In this document: positions 62,719 through 64,000 of the stretch, one piece after another
How the letters are laid out: each line of letters begins with the position of its first letter
Numbering within the stretch: the first letter of the stretch is position 1
From: Escherichia coli
Lineage (GTDB): Bacteria; Pseudomonadota; Gammaproteobacteria; Enterobacterales; Enterobacteriaceae
DNA length: 64,000 bases
Direction: 5' to 3' (one strand)
Assembly: GCF_002854065.1 (NCBI RefSeq)
Contig: NZ_CP024147.1
Notes under the pieces: model-generated
What the model saw: the letters and a program-made list of their open reading frames with translations, nothing else
Databases searched by the model: none
Told to the model about the DNA's origin: nothing
Position numbers and translations under genes: made by a program

Positions 62719-64000
<1,282 letters not shown>

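Overview
This window reads as a contiguous stretch of Escherichia coli/Shigella core chromosome running from the S10 ribosomal operon (rplD', rplC, rpsJ) through bfr-bfd, the str operon (rpsL-rpsG-fusA-tufA), tusBCD-yheO, fkpA, slyX/slyD, kefGB, yheSTU, prkB, crp, yhfK, argD, pabA, fic/yhfG, ppiA, tsgA, nirBDC-cysG, yhfL, the yhfS-yhfZ cluster, trpS-gph-rpe-dam-damX-aroB-aroK, hofMNOPQ, mrcA, nudE, igaA(yrfF), yrfG, hslR/hslO, yhgE and pckA, to the 3' part of envZ. All assignments rest on reading the supplied translations and remembered E. coli K-12 gene order and protein lengths; no database search was run. I did not find a clearly novel, self-contained system such as a defence island, CRISPR array, prophage or toxin cluster. 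The points that depart from the K-12 layout are: a complete 768-bp IS1 with an intact 9-bp target-site duplication between cysG and yhfL; an in-frame TGA stop inside yhfW; and three absences relative to K-12 (gspAB plus gspC-M with only a 155-aa prepilin-peptidase-like gene left, chiA, and frlABCDR). The least understood content is the eight-gene yhfS-yhfZ cluster, which I flag as the best candidate for an undescribed pathway. No rRNA, tRNA or CRISPR was recognised.
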